A stretch of 64,000 nucleotides of DNA from NCBI RefSeq assembly GCF_009914755.1, contig NC_060925.1; one strand, written 5' to 3'. The number at the start of each line of letters is the position of its first letter. The stretch's first letter is position 1. Below are positions 14,124-29,183 of this stretch, piece after piece. Below the pieces are notes generated by a model, which searched no databases, was not told the DNA's origin, and saw only the letters and a list, made by a program, of their open reading frames with translations. This stretch comes from the human T2T-CHM13v2.0 reference genome, Homo sapiens. The translations under genes were made by a program, and so were the position numbers.

Positions 14124-15069
14124 CTGGAGGACAGACAGAAGGGTGCATCAGAAGGGATGGCAGAGGTGGAGATTTATACCATGCTACCTTGTTCCATGGA
14201 CACTCGAGGAAAACACACCAAACTCAGCAAGCCCCCCAAACATTTAAAGATACAAAGGACAGGAAACTCAGAGGTACTTCCAAAAATCTAAACAAACTCA
14301 AGTAGACTAAAATATCAAGCATCTACCCTGAAACCCCAGGGTGGATTAGGAGATAAAGCCTAACAAAACAAGCAGACAAGGAGTGACATATGAGAGATAT
14401 ATTAAAAAATCGGGGAAGGGGTGCGAGGAGGGACTTTCCTTCCTCCTCCTGCTGGTCTCATGTGATGCTAACCAATTTGGGGCCAGAGGACTTTGTCACT
14501 GATGACCCTGAAGTCAAGAAAAGGGCTTCTCTATGGGACATGACACTCAGGTACACACCCCCAATGAGCTCTCATTGCTAGCTCATGATACTAGTGTTCA
14601 TCTTTCCTCAATAGCAGGAAGGGTTCTCTGGATGATACTGTGCTTCTACACAGTTCAGGCTAGGGAAAAAAACACACGCTGCATGTGTGCACAAAATACA
14701 GGGCAGCTAAAGAAGGAAGAGAGTAAAAATATCTTTATATTCAAGCTCAATACCGCTTCTTCCACAGTATGTTGGATTGATATGCAATGGGATTTTGGTA
14801 ATGGAGGTTAGACCTAGTTTTTAAAAAAACATGATTCTTTACTTGAATCTAGGAAATAAGACCAAGGAAGGTCATTAAATGTCCCATCGTTAGCAAGAGG
14901 AAAATTATGAGGTTGCTTCACTTTTATGGCGGTGGATCTTCTTTCACTAATGACTAAGTGGCCCACAGCTGGTACAATTCCCCATAACTTTAATGAATCA
15001 CCAAGAGGCTTCATGGCAAAGTGGGCTGTGCTGACACTCGAGAGCCATGGGAAGCACCGCACTGCTTAC

Positions 15070-15191
15070 AGGATAAATGATGCTGCAGAGCCTCTCGAAG
15101 ATGAACACCGGGGTCCGGTAGTCATCCAGATTGTAGCGCTTGGCTGTCTCAATGCACACAGCCATGAAGGCCTTGGTTTCTGATTCTGTAC
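15070..15191 (-). CDS. UBR4: UBR4 exon, 122 nt (GTESETKAF...SIIYP)
   Basis: cag|...|gtaag, phase 1-0. Confidence 0.95.
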
Positions 15192-15694
15192 CTGCCAGAA
15201 ATCAAAGCGGCCAAGTTAGGAAAGAGCCTCTCCCATGGAAGGTGAAATGAGAATTCTAACTGAAGTACCATCACTGACAAATTATTTCTGCCTGGTAAGT
15301 CTTTAAATGCCCTACATGGCAATATCAATAGTTCAAATTGGAAATTTGATGCTGATTGATTTTATCCTCAGACCACATTCAGTTTGAAACCCATAACACC
15401 CAAGTCCACACACTTCATCATGGTTGGCTGTGTACATGTCTTGCTCTCTCTCAGGATATAACCTCCTCAAGGAGAGGGACTGTGCCTTATTTAACTAGCA
15501 TCTCCTTGCCCAAAACAGGCACTCAGAAAATGTCAAATAATCCTGTGTTCCAGTCAAATCAAAAGGAAGTTACAGTTAGTTTTTAGCTTCATTCTAAAAG
15601 ATTAGGTAGACTGTCCTCTATAAGCGAAAAAACACAACTTAAAGTAACATGAAGGTGAGAAAATATGGTCTTTAAAAAATAAGGTCTTGTGAGC

Positions 15695-15923
15695 ACTTTG
15701 AGCTCAAAAGCTGGAGACCAGGCTAGGCAATGTGGCGAAATGCCATCTCTACAAAAAATACAAAATTAGCTGGGCGTGGTGGCACACGCCTATAGTCCCA
15801 GCTACTCAGGAGGCTGAGGTGGGAGGATGGTTTGAGCCCAGAAGGCGGAGGTTACAGTGAGCCTCGATCACACCACTGTACCCCAGCCTGGGTGACAGAG
15901 TGAAACTTCGGGAAAAAAAAAAA
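15695..15923 (+). mobile_element. 5'-truncated AluJ
   Basis: Partial left arm, linker aaaaatacaaaattagc, right arm, A tail. Confidence 0.85.
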
Positions 15924-15999
15924 GTCCCACTGTTGCATTACTGGGTGGGTCTGAATTAAAATTAAAAAAAAAGGTAAAGGTCCCCGACGAAGTCACAAA

Positions 16000-17400
16000 C
16001 CAGCTCAGTATGGCACGATGAAAATGGCATCAGAAAGAGTTCCATTTTGGGCAATAAGGCAAACGAGGTTCCCTGACCTACTCCTCACTCTCCACCACTC
16101 AAAAACAATTTAAAGTGTTGAATAAAAATCCATCAGTGAACTGCCACACTAACACAGAACAGCCAAAAGCCATAAACTAAGAGAAATCGGGAAGCCAGGG
16201 AGATAAGCAAAACACGAGTCAGTTTTTGCGTTGAGCTTTGGTTTCCATGCCCTGCCCAGATTTGAGAGGTGGATAAAGCCCCGAATCCACTGAGGCAAAG
16301 AGTCTAGCAGGAACCCCCAACCCCATGCCCCACAAATACAAATCTAGTACCCCAAAGAGCTACACCCTTGGTGCAGAGATCAGCTATCCCTTTCCCCCAA
16401 CCAAATAACTGAGGAAATTGACTTTCCTTAAACTTTACCATCAAGTGGCAGGGAAAAATCTCCTCTGAAAACTTGTAATGAGCTGTCCCCTTATAGGGGT
16501 TTGCGGCTCAAACCTCTCACTACCTAGGAGGTCTGAAAATCCTGAGGCTCAGAACTGGGACAGCAGTACCCTGCACTGCCTCACAGAAGCAGTTCTTTAC
16601 CTCCTCTGGAGAAACCCATCTTTGGCCCAGTCCTAAAGAATTTCCACAGATAAAGCTAAAAAATATGAGGTCACAGTCAAAACTCATAAAACACAACAAG
16701 ACTTTAAGGTATCATCAGCAAGAGCCAAAATAACAAACTGCAGAATCAGGCATGTAAATATCTCAAATTTTAGAATTATCAGACACAAATGTTTAATATG
16801 CTTATAGATCATATAAAGGAGGGAAATGTGAATTTTTAAAAAGAGACCTCACACCTGTAATCCCAGCACTTTGGGAGGCCGAGGCAGGCGGATCATCTGG
16901 GGTCGGGAGTTCGAGACCAGCCTGACCAAAATGGAGAAATCCCGTCTCTACTAAAAATACAAAATTAGCTGGGCGTGGTGGTGCATGCCTGTAATCCCAG
17001 CTACTCAGTAAGGCTGAGGCAGGCGAATCGCTTGAATCCTGGAGGCAGAGGTTGCGGTGAGCCGAGATCGCGTCACTGCACTCCAGCCTGGGCAACAAGA
17101 GTGAAACTTGGTCTCAAAAAATGAAAAATAAAAAAGAGACCATAAAATCTAGAACCACAAGAATTCAACAGGTAGATTAAACATTTGCACACAGTGAAGA
17201 AAAACTGAATTGAACAAATTGTCAAAAATGCAGCATAAATACACAATGAGATGAACATTATGAGAGATGGAGAGATATGGATGACAGAGTGAAAATGGAG
17301 TTTCACAAGGAAAAGAAAGAGAATACAGCAGAGGGGATTAAAGAGACAATGGCTGAGAATTTTCCAGACTGATAGAAGACACCAATGAGAGAGCCTTTGA
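16000..17400 (+). mobile_element. Old L1M 5'/ORF1-like remnant interrupted by an Alu
   Basis: A-rich degenerate L1-like sequence (e.g. aatggctgagaattttccagactgat); boundaries uncertain. Confidence 0.45.
16848..17135 (+). mobile_element. AluSp-like element
   Basis: ggtcgggagttcgagaccagcctgacc diagnostic; TSD aaaaagagacc. Confidence 0.93.
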
Positions 17401-17633
17401 CCTTGCACCACTCTATAAGCTCAACATGAAAAATCCAAAGTGACTGAGCCCAGCTCTAGAATTTAAAATTCCAAGAGCCAACACTTTGTCAAGAAATGAG
17501 TCTCCCTTTGAATGCAGGGAGATGTTTGCCACCCCTCCTCTGGATCTGTGGAACTGGGGGAAATTGGTCGAATGCACCTCGGCAGCCCCAGAAGGGACAG
17601 TGCCTTAGGCTCCAGGCCACTGGGCAGTGCTAC

Positions 17634-17807
17634 CTGTGGTCATGTCCTCCAGCATCTCCAGCAGCATGTCCTGCGTCTCATCGATCAGCTTGGTCCTCTG
17701 CACCACCAGCTTCCGCAAGCACAGGTATCCATTCAGCACAGTACCCACCAAGCGACTTTTAAAATGTCTTTTGATGGATTCCACCTCAACAAAGGAGGAG
17801 AGAAGGC
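17634..17807 (-). CDS. UBR4: UBR4 exon, 174 nt (GLLSSFVE...EDMTT)
   Basis: cag|...|gtagc, phase 1-1. Confidence 0.95.
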
Positions 17808-18134
17808 CTGTGGAGACAGGAAAATGTTGCTGTGAGAGCTCTGGATGAAAACATAAGGACAGTCTGTGTCTCAAAAGATTATGAGCAACTCAAAAAGCAG
17901 GGAAAATCTATCTTTGTGCATGGCACAGAGCAGGTGTTCAACAAGCGGAAACAGTCAATAGCAAACAGGGTCTCAAAATCATAAACGTATCAATACAGAA
18001 AAAAAATGCAGAGCTTAAATCTGCACTAAGGTCAGTACCAGAGAGAAGAGAGTCAACCCCAGCACCCAAGGAACTAAGGGTTGTCCCTAAACAGATTCAG
18101 GATGCCCTAAAGGAAGGTCCAGGTGGCTCTTTAC

Positions 18135-18216
18135 CTGTGAGACTTTTAAGGGCATAACCCTGCTGCAGATCGGTACTCAGGGTAGCCTCCTCCAGGGCCA
18201 GCAGACGAGCTATTTC
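18135..18216 (-). CDS. UBR4: UBR4 exon, 82 nt (EIARLLAL...LKSLT)
   Basis: tag|...|gtaaa, phase 0-1. Confidence 0.95.
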
Positions 18217-18597
18217 CTAAACAGGATGACAAGTGCAGTCAGTGTGATATCACTGCCAAGGATACCAGTTACCTCCACCACTGTCCCAGGAGCTTGCAGC
18301 ACCAGACACTCTGTAGTTACATCTTCTTAATCGAACCCTTGCAGAACTCCTTTCCAGGAAGCCAACAGTCACAGCGCTGGTAAGGGATTGCTTAAAAACT
18401 GTAAACAGTCCAAATGCTCCCAAGAGTTTGCTACAGCTACATAATAAATACAATGAAGTCATAAAAATATTTCCAAACACCTTCAACAAATATTTCTTCT
18501 CAGCAAAAACAAACAAACAAAACACCATAGTAGAGTTTACATCAAGGTACAAGGGGGAATTAGGGAAGGGGCTCTCTTGGGCAATAGGGTAGGATAC

Positions 18598-18739
18598 CTT
18601 GGTGATGAGGTTGCCCACATAGGGTAGGACTCCCCGAGCTGCCAAGTAGACTTTCCAGTGCGCAGAAGTGATGAGCTTCTGGTAGAGAGCCAGGTACTCA
18701 GCTGCACACTCCCCAGCTATGCTCAGCTCATCCAGGTAA
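18598..18739 (-). CDS. UBR4: UBR4 exon, 142 nt (YLDELSIA...NLITK)
   Basis: cag|...|gtatcc, phase 2-0. Confidence 0.95.
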
Positions 18740-19282
18740 CTGCCACCAAGAGGGACAGGGCACTCTAGTCAAGAACTCTAGCATTTCGAACAGCTCCAAG
18801 GCTCCCCTTTCTCCTCCCAATCTTTCCTATCTTCTGCTGTCTGTCTCTCCTGCTTCCTAGAGGGTGGAGGAACAGCATCCAAGACAGCTCCAATTCCCAC
18901 ATGGGAATTTCCCACACCTAGGAAGCATTCAGAGCACACTGCAGGGAGTGAATGCCACAGAATCTAAGCATTCATATTTTGGCACTGATTGCTATGAGAG
19001 AATTAAATAAGATAATGCATGCCAAGCATTTATGCACTCAATCTCGATCAATATTAGCTGCATAAGATCTCAAATATTAGCTGCTGCTGCTGCTAACACC
19101 CTCACCACAACGACCACCACCACTACCATCACTAAAAGTCAGCTTTTTAACACTTTGTTGTTTCTGGGGTCTTCTACCCAGAGGTGTGCCTCTCATTACC
19201 CTGATCCATGGATTCCCCGGGGAAGATGAAAAGGCTCTAGAGCAAGTCTAACCACGCTCCTCATCCCACTCCCAAATGGTAC

Positions 19283-19392
19283 CTGGTAAGCAGGTCCAGG
19301 ACCTGCTGCTTGCGGCTGGGAATGGTGGCTAGAGCTTCCACAATGGTACAGGCTGCCTGCCGTGCGGCCTGCGTTGCTGGAGTGAAAAGCAC
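19283..19392 (-). CDS. UBR4: UBR4 exon, 110 nt (VLFTPATQ...LDLLT)
   Basis: cag|...|gtacc, phase 0-2. Confidence 0.95.
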
Positions 19393-20118
19393 CTGCAGGA
19401 CAGGGGAGAGAAGGGGTCGTAGACTCAGAGGATGCCCTGCCTCACCAGGCCCCCAGCAGGGCAGTCAACTGCCACCCATCTAGGAGAGGTCTTCTGGGCA
19501 CCTCTCTAGGAAAATGTTAAGAGGTAAAAATCACCAGCTAACACAAGACTCTACTGTTTTAGATGGGGAAAGGGGCTGTGAAAGAGCCCTGCTTCTGCCT
19601 GGAGACTTCTCCATCAGGAGATGTGAAGAACATACCTACAATAAGTGAAGTAGGAAAAAGGGATCTTCCTTAGCAAAGATGCTGATCATTCTTTTTTGGG
19701 GACACTTATATGCTGAATACTTTCATTTAAATGTAAACCAAGTATTTCTTATTTTATATATCAATGGACAAATGGATTACCTAACATAGAATTACTTTAG
19801 CTAGAGAGAGGAGGGAGAGAAAGGACAGCAGAAGATACGAAAAATGGAAGGAGAAAAGGGACTATGGTCAGGGAGGAAAGCAGAAAGCACAAGGAGCGTG
19901 TTAAGATAAGCAGAGGAAGTTCTGTTTCGGCCAGTCCACCATGCTAGCCCAACAGCTACAACCAAGAACCTGTACTCACTCCCTATTTGAAAGGAAGCAA
20001 GAAGAGCAAAGAGAAAGAAGAGATGGCAGTGCAGACACATGGTGAGGGGCAGAAACATATTGCTCAGAGTCTGGGGTCAGGGGCGCAGGGGGTGAAGAGT
20101 CCAGAAGTGGCCACTCAC

Positions 20119-20276
20119 TTGTCGCAGCCAGTTGTTATGCCCCAGTTTGAGATCCAAGGGGGAGGTCCTCTTCCCCCGACGACTCAGGAACTGTTTCCAC
20201 CTCCACACATACTTCTCAGTCAAATAGAGATGGCGGAGCTCTGATTTGCTGGGGGCTTTCCCATTGCCATCTATCC
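20119..20276 (-). CDS. UBR4: UBR4 exon, 158 nt (GIDGNGK...YVWRWKQFLSRRGKR...NWLRQ; basic amphipathic calmodulin-binding segment)
   Basis: cag|...|gtgag, phase 1-0; CaM-binding assignment is from prior knowledge of p600. Confidence 0.95.
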
Positions 20277-20386
20277 CTGCAAGGCCAAGGGTTGCAGGGG
20301 TAGTAGGTAAGTAAATGAGAGTGACAGAAGGCAGGGCTGTCAGAGCGCAGGCAGGACTTCCCGGCGTCTTGAAGAGAAAGATATAC

Positions 20387-20516
20387 CTCTGATAGGAAGA
20401 CACTTCTTCCAGGCATCATAGGATGCCTTGGGGTCTCTCTTGAGCCACAGTTGAGCCTGGGCATGGATCTCATTGCAGTATGGCTTCACCGTGGTGAGGG
20501 CCTCGACGGGGACATC
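20387..20516 (-). CDS. UBR4: UBR4 exon, 130 nt (DVPVEALT...CLPIR)
   Basis: cag|...|gtata, phase 0-1; followed by a 110-nt intron. Confidence 0.95.
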
Positions 20517-20923
20517 CTGGAGGAGGCAAGTGGAGCAAGGTGAGGGCGCTCAAGGGCACACCTGAGCCATAGCCCCAACAGCATGGCACTGGTGCCCCAG
20601 GGGGTGATGTGCAAAGGCAAGAAGATCAGGAGGATCAACACGTGTATCTCTTATGCCCAAATATGTGTTCCTGTTAAACCATTTTGATCCAATTTAGCAG
20701 CAGCATCTCCACATTGAGCTTAAGGTCACTCATTTTTATTGTGCAGCAGAAGCTGTGGCTGGCTTCCTACAATCCTATAGCACTTACACTAATTCCTATC
20801 CCACAGCTGATTTGCAGTTTCCTAAGCAAAAACCTTCCTAGGGTCACAAGCAGCCTCCAGAATGCAAACTGTCACTAACCAGAAGCAGCCTGCAGAGAGA
20901 GAGCCACAGATGACACTCCAGTC

Positions 20924-22377
<1,454 letters not shown>

Positions 22378-23089
22378 CTCTCGCTAAGTTACACGGAGCA
22401 AATTGTGAACATCCACACCAGGCCTCAGTCCTTACAGGGCAAGTAATTCCGTGAAAAATCTCCCTTTGCCTCCCACTGTGGAAACAATGATGGTCATATA
22501 GGGATGGGTGTCCTCTTCTCAACCAAGGGCTGATTTTAGTTGCTGGGAATCTGGGGGGAAATAATTCCTCCATCAAAGGGAAGGAAGCAGAGTGCCCCGT
22601 GCTGCCTTTTCTGAAGGCAGCTTCAATGTCCAGCTTCCCCACATCATAACCCTAGTGCTTAGCACTCAAAAAGCAATCTTCCTGCCATGAGGACTCTGTT
22701 GCCCAAAAGGGATGGCCCATCAGACAGAACAGGAGTCAGAAGGACCCAAGGCCCAATCCAGGGCAAGTTGGTGGCAGAGCCTTAGGCATGGCCCAAAGAA
22801 AGAACTATGGCCTCCCAATTCAAAAGCTGATACAAGCAAGTCAATCTGTGGCTCAGCTACAGTTATTTTAGGATAAAAACTTGGTTTCATTTATTCACTT
22901 AATAATAATTCACTAAGCAGCTATTATAGATGTTATACCATCCTATATACTAGACATAAAAAGTATTACTAAGGTGGTCCAGTTCCTGGAATCAAGGAGC
23001 TCACAGCTAGCCTAGTAGAGAACTGACCCTCTAAGGAGCAGCTAACAAAGTGAAGGAAAACATTCTAGGCAAAGAAAGCAGGAGATAGC

Positions 23090-23320
23090 CACAGCTAACA
23101 TTTGTTAAGGATTAACTTAGGCAGACACCGTTTTGATCACTTAGTCTGCATTATGTCATTTATTTTTCACAACACTTCAAGGTGGAGACTATATTCCCAT
23201 TTTATAGATGGGGAAACTAAGGAACAACTTGCCCAACATCATGATGCTAATAAATGGAAGCGCTGGAATTTGAACTCAGGAAGTCTGCTTCAGAGCCTGG
23301 GATTTCTATCACCGCACAGC
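23090..23320 (-). mobile_element. MIR
   Basis: cccatttttatagatggggaaactaagg...cttgccc core. Confidence 0.65.
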
Positions 23321-23645
23321 ACTGCATGTGCAAAGGCACAGGGGTAGGAAGGACACAATGCTTTCTGGGGGCTGCAAGTTATCTAACATGACTGGAAAGA
23401 GTTCATCCTTCACAGCTAGCCACTTTGCTCTCTGCTTTGCAGTTTCATGTTTATTTTACTTGAACCATCCTTCTCAAAAATCCCAACCCATATCTGCTGA
23501 ACTAAGGCAAAGGCTGCACTGGAGCCTCTCAGGGGAGGTGGGCTCAAGGCAAAGCGGAGACCATGAGGAGGCAGGGCACACTGCCAGGGAATGAGGAGGG
23601 TGGCCGCCCTGCCCTTCCTTGTTAGACCCCTGCTTGGCCCAGTAC

Positions 23646-23773
23646 CTTGTTCTTCTTGCTAGTGGGAGCAGGTGGTTTTATCAGCTTCTGCAAGATCCTC
23701 AGGCACATGAGGGTAATGTTTTCAACCACCACAGGAGTCTTAATGTTCACAGCCATGAGGAAAAGGCTGAGAG
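23646..23773 (-). CDS. UBR4: UBR4 exon, 128 nt (ALSLFLMA...SKKNK)
   Basis: tag|...|gtact, phase 1-0. Confidence 0.95.
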
Positions 23774-23929
23774 CTAGGGATGGTCAGGAAAGGCAGAGTC
23801 ACAATCAGGAACACTACACATCTGCTCTGCAGAGGCCGCCCAAGCATCAGTTTCCCTCCTCCCCTCCCAGTCCGGCCAGGACTGCTCCTTTGAGCCTCCT
23901 TTCCTTTCTCTGAAAATCCCCTAACTCAC

Positions 23930-24014
23930 CACAGCGTAACCGGAGCTCCCAGCAGCTGTCCTCCTTGGAGATAGAATCCGTCAGCAGCAGCATTTCATAC
24001 TGCAGGCTACTTGC
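23930..24014 (-). CDS. UBR4: UBR4 exon, 85 nt (ASSLQYEM...LRLRC)
   Basis: tag|...|gtgag, phase 0-1. Confidence 0.95.
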
Positions 24015-24291
24015 CTAGAAGGCAATGGGAAGAGACATGAGTCAAGAGGGTCAGCTCCGGTCCAGCGACTCTTAACTATTAATACAATTTCTGGTCCTAG
24101 GTGGCTCCAACAGAGACAAAGGACAGACGGAGACCCTTGTGCTCCAGGCTCTTCCCTGGGAAAACCATTCTGGGGTAATGTTCTGCTCCTTCCCTCCTCA
24201 GTCACCGCAGGACCTGGGAGGGGAAGCTGAGAAACACAAGGCATGTGAGGGGAAGTCAGAGAGGACAGCTGGGCCTGCTAGGCCGGCTCAC

Positions 24292-24382
24292 CAGATCGGG
24301 GTTGGCCCAGTGGCCCTTCAGGGCTGTGGAGACCTTGCCAATAATCAGGTCATTCATCTGTTGGGTGGCTTCTGGGTTGTCT
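24292..24382 (-). CDS. UBR4: UBR4 exon, 91 nt (DNPEATQQ...ANPDL)
   Basis: cag|...|gtgag, phase 2-0. Confidence 0.95.
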
Positions 24383-25084
24383 CTGCAGAAGCAAATAGAA
24401 ATGGAGTCCTATAATTCACAATCAGGTGTGACACTCCTTTCCACCTGAAGGGGCCCAGGGAAAATGAAATCAATGTCTAAGGCTACCTGGCCCCAAATTT
24501 TCTACTTCCTTCCCGGGGCAAGACTAGAACTTTAGCTTCACAAAACCGTGGTCGGTAATAATAAAGGGCCCATTACAGCCGCCTTGCCTATGAACAGAAG
24601 CTAACTGAGGGAAGAGCAGCACCACCTTATGGGGCCCATGTCCCAGGCGACAGAGCCCCTGCTGTCTGGTGTGACACAGTCTCCAAAACCTAGACGTCCA
24701 CTCTCAGTCTTGGTCACAACTCTTTCCCTGTCTTCTCCATCTGCCTGCATTTCATTTTCCACAAGGCCCTCATATTCCAGTTTACGTCTCTTTGTAACAA
24801 TGTTCCCACTATTAATAAAAAACACAAACCGTATCACTCACTCTTGCTTCCCAACATACTGAATAAGCCCCAAAGTCCTTACAGAGGCCCACAAGACCCT
24901 ATGGGATCTGGCCCTCGCACCCTCTGACCTAAGCCTCCTCCCGAGTCTTCCCTACTGCATCCCTGTCTCCAGCTACACGGGTTCCTTGTGATGCCCTAGC
25001 ATTCCTGGCAGGTGCCTGCTCTCAACTACCCACTTGCTACTTCCTAGGCATGCAGCCCACTGCTGAGACATTGCCATGACCTCA

Positions 25085-25603
<519 letters not shown>

Positions 25604-26073
25604 CTACTGTCAGTATTTTTCAGATGAGGAAAACACAGACTCAGAGAAATTAAGGAATCTGTCCAAGGCGTATAGTACAAGGTATCAGATACTGAAACTG
25701 AGCCTTTCCAATCCAGAGTCCAAGCTCTTAATCTCCAGGCCCCACTGCTCTGCTTCTTTCATGTGAGTCTTTCTCGAGTTCAAGTGTCTCCCTTCCCTTC
25801 CCTCACAAGGCCTCAGGGAGAGTTTCCTCAAGACACTGTACTGGAACCAAAAAAGCACAAGCCAATCATGCCATTTACAAGGAAACCTGGGTTTCAATGC
25901 TCCCCAAGCTCGCTCACCTACACCCTGTGTCTCTTTCCATCTTTCCTTTGTTATAAGCTACCTAACTTGCTGGGTGGTCAGAAGCACTATTCTGTGCACT
26001 CTCTAACGCTCCTGGCATGGCTGCCAGTGTCAGTAGGAACCACTAGGCCCATAACCATGGTGTAGGTACTGAC

Positions 26074-26417
26074 CGAGTTAGGAGGCACATGAGCTGGCGG
26101 ACCTCCTCCCGCATGGCCGCAGCCCCTCGGCGAAGATTATAATCAAAGAGCTCCCGGATAAGGCCCTGGGAGACAAGGATGTGCCTCAAGGCTGGGTTGG
26201 TGGCCAGGGCCCGAAGTAGTGTGATACAATGTTCTGTGACAGCCGAGGCGCAGCCATAGCACTTGGTGGAGGATGTGTGGCCACAGCCCAGGACGGATAA
26301 GGCACGGTACTGGCTGGCAGTGAATGTGGGCTGCACGGAGGTCCGGGATGATTTAGTGGCTGCTTCCCTCTGCTGTAGGTCATATTCCAACAACTCTTTG
26401 CGCGAAGCAAAGACTTT
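26074..26417 (-). CDS. UBR4: UBR4 exon, 344 nt (KVFASRKE...MCLLT)
   Basis: tag|...|gtcag, phase 0-2; largest exon in the window. Confidence 0.96.
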
Positions 26418-27248
26418 CTAAGAACAAAAAGGCAACAATAATGGGAATTAGCAATTAAAATAAGAAGAGGATGTTAATTAGAAAATTAGTTTTGCTTTAG
26501 AAAAAACTTTACATGCATTATATAACTTAATCTTCTCAATAACCCAACTGGTTAGATGCTTTATCTCCATTTTACAGAGAAGGAAACTGAAGCTTGGAGA
26601 AAGTGGCTTGACCAAGATAAGTGGCAGAGTCAGAACTCAGACTCAGATGGCAGGCTTATGCTCTTAACTCCCATGTAACAAAGACAAAGGTCAGAAGCTA
26701 ATACACGTGTAGCAAAGATGGCACTCCAGCAATTTGGGGTTGAGGGGGAAGGTAAACTGGATGCTCTCCTTATATGAGGTACCTCTGTCTATGGCCAGCC
26801 TCCCATCTCATGGAGATTAGGTCTGTGACATTGCAACTGACACAAGGCCCACCCTGGTTGATTGCAGTTGGTATGCCCTTACCCTACAGCCTGCAAACAC
26901 GGCGTTATCAGAAGAGGGAACAGAATCTTGGCATCAAATTTTTTAAGACCAGTAACCCCTCTACTAAGAGATGGGTTGTTAATGGCTAAAAAAAACCCTT
27001 ATCTGTGTTACCTTCCCATCACCAGTATGTTCAGTTATCTAGCATGAACTCAGCATTCTGACCAGCGCCATAAATCACGGTGGGGGAGATGCCGTTTGGT
27101 GCAGCCATCTGCCTGCCTTTTCAGCTAGATTGGGCAGGGACAACACCAAGACCTGGACTGCTGGATGAGAGAGCAGCAGGACTGCTGTGAAAACAACACC
27201 AGTAACACTTGGACAAAACACACCCAAAAGCTGCTCCCCGCTCTCTAC

Positions 27249-27377
27249 CTGGATGATTTTGGAGAGTTCATCAAAAGAGTTCTTGCAGTCTCCACAATAC
27301 TCCTGAGCCAACTGCAGGATGTAACGATTCACACTGGCAGAAGTGGAGCTGATGCCCCCTGCTGTTCCTGAGTCATC
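27249..27377 (-). CDS. UBR4: UBR4 exon, 129 nt (DDSGTAGG...SKIIQ)
   Basis: cag|...|gtaga, phase 0-0. Confidence 0.95.
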
Positions 27378-27494
27378 CTGCAACCCCAAGAGGTAAGCTG
27401 TCAGGCTCCCCACCTAAGGTGATCTCACCTAGGAGGCAGTCTTCTGATCAAGACCCAAGCCCTTATCCAAATGCCCTTTGCAGCGTGGGACTAC

Positions 27495-27620
27495 CTGTGG
27501 CTTTTCTGGAGCTGCCTCATTCACTTTGCAGAGCAGGTTCTCCAGCTGTGGCCGGTGTCCCATCAGCTGATGATACACTCGATCAGCTTTGTCCAAAAGT
27601 GTATTGATGTTGGATACAGC
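27495..27620 (-). CDS. UBR4: UBR4 exon, 126 nt (AVSNINTL...PEKPQ)
   Basis: tag|...|gtagt, phase 0-0. Confidence 0.95.
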
Positions 27621-28360
27621 CTAGACAGGAAAAGACAGGGACTGAGTGAAGGCTTTTTGGCTGATGACTTTCCCTGAGTAATCCTCACTGCTAACCATTT
27701 ACCAGAACATTTCCTATAGGTCAGGCACTGTGTTTCATACATTATCTCTGTTCTTCACAATAATCTTTCCTGTGAGGTGGGTATATTATTTCTAATAAAA
27801 ATACAATACACATCTGTGATATATAATAATACAATGCTGAGAGAAGTAACTTATACTAGGTTACACAAGTATTAAAAGTATGGCTGGAATTAGAATTTCT
27901 GTCCTTCTGACTCCAAAGCTAAATGTTCTTCTGTTAACCCTATAGGTGCCCCTTTTTCACTGTTCTTTAGTATCTAGAACCTCCCCCCGCCCCTGCCCAT
28001 ATTATGCAGGCTGGGAACTAGCACTGGACAATCTAATACTGAGGGAGGGCCAGCAGCCTCAATATGAAGCAGTCTGTGGAAGAAATGCAGGGCAAAGCAT
28101 CCAAATCCAAAGTTATCTGTACCTGGAGATACTCTAGTTTCATTACCAATCAACACTTTTCTAAAATCCTATGCAAACCATGTCTTTCAATACAATATAC
28201 CTCATGCCATTCTTTGCTCCCACCCAAAAGCTGGGCCCTGAAACTGGTGTTGAGTCGAAGAAGGCTTGGGCTAGAAAGTAAAGTGCACTGCACTGCACCA
28301 GGTCTGCCCAAAGTCCAGATCAAGGCCACAGCCCTGAGTCTAGGCCAGATCTGGCCTCAC

Positions 28361-28499
28361 CTTCTTCCGGTCTTCTTCATTCTCAATGGGATCCACTGCA
28401 CAGCAAGGCTTGGCATAGAGCATGAAGTCGAAGCGGGCATATTTACAGAAGCCACAGGCATTGCAGAGGAAGGGATCCTTTTCATCGTAGTTGATGGAT
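28361..28499 (-). CDS. UBR4: UBR4 exon, 139 nt ([20 protein letters not shown]...EDRKK; Cys-rich Zn module)
   Basis: cag|...|gtgag, phase 2-0. Confidence 0.96.
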
Positions 28500-28743
28500 C
28501 TGAGTAACCAAAGCGTTTGGGTCAGTAAGGTGACAAGGCTGGGTGGGGTGGGGGTCACTCTGAGGAAATGGATTGTGCCACATTTATATACTCTGGTAAC
28601 TACTGCAGGGGCTACTGAAGGGACAATAACAAATGAATGACTTAAGCAGGCAGGTAACAAGAAAGCAAGACCCAGAGCTAAACTTCTGGACCTCCCTCCG
28701 CCCTTACCCTCCACCCCTGCCACAGGACAGACACACTCGTGTG

Positions 28744-28782
28744 CACACACACACACACACACACACACTCACTCACTCTCTC
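28744..28782. repeat. (CA)12 microsatellite followed by a CT-rich tail
   Basis: Direct observation. Confidence 0.95.
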
Positions 28783-28943
28783 TTCTTCCTCCTCCCTTTC
28801 TACCCTTGAACCCACTCTACAAACCCATAATTCTCTAAATGTTCTGAGGGAATCAGACACTGTAATTGCTCACACTGACACTACTACAGAAAAATAACAA
28901 GGAATGTGCACAGCCCTGGCCTAGGGGATGACCAATGACTTAC

Positions 28944-29183
28944 CTGCATTTGTGACACTGGTACACATTCTCTCCACAGTTGCCACAGACTCCTGGGTTG
29001 GCAGGGACCGAGGCACTACAGCGAGGGCACTGCAGGGTCTCTGTGGAGGCCTGGTAGTTTTCATAGAAGTCTGCAAACTCAATCATCAGATTGGAGGCCA
29101 CAATGGGCAACGGCAGGTCAATCTTCACCTCTGTCTGTCCAGGGGTCAGCTGAACCTTCTTGGCTTTGTGCCAGCGAGCTGGC
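28944..29183 (-). CDS. UBR4: UBR4 exon, 240 nt (PARWHKAK...CPRC...CGNC...CHKC; Cys-rich Zn module)
   Basis: tag|...|gtaag, phase 2-2. Confidence 0.96.

Noticed and set aside
18250-18645. Long in-frame read-through from an exon into its intron (131 aa)
   Set aside because: Ends in a stop before the next exon and looks compositionally intronic; retention would only create a PTC.
28744-28768. (CA)n as a Z-DNA element or, on the transcript, a (UG)n TDP-43 site
   Set aside because: Common microsatellite; I found no adjacent cryptic exon with convincing splice sites.
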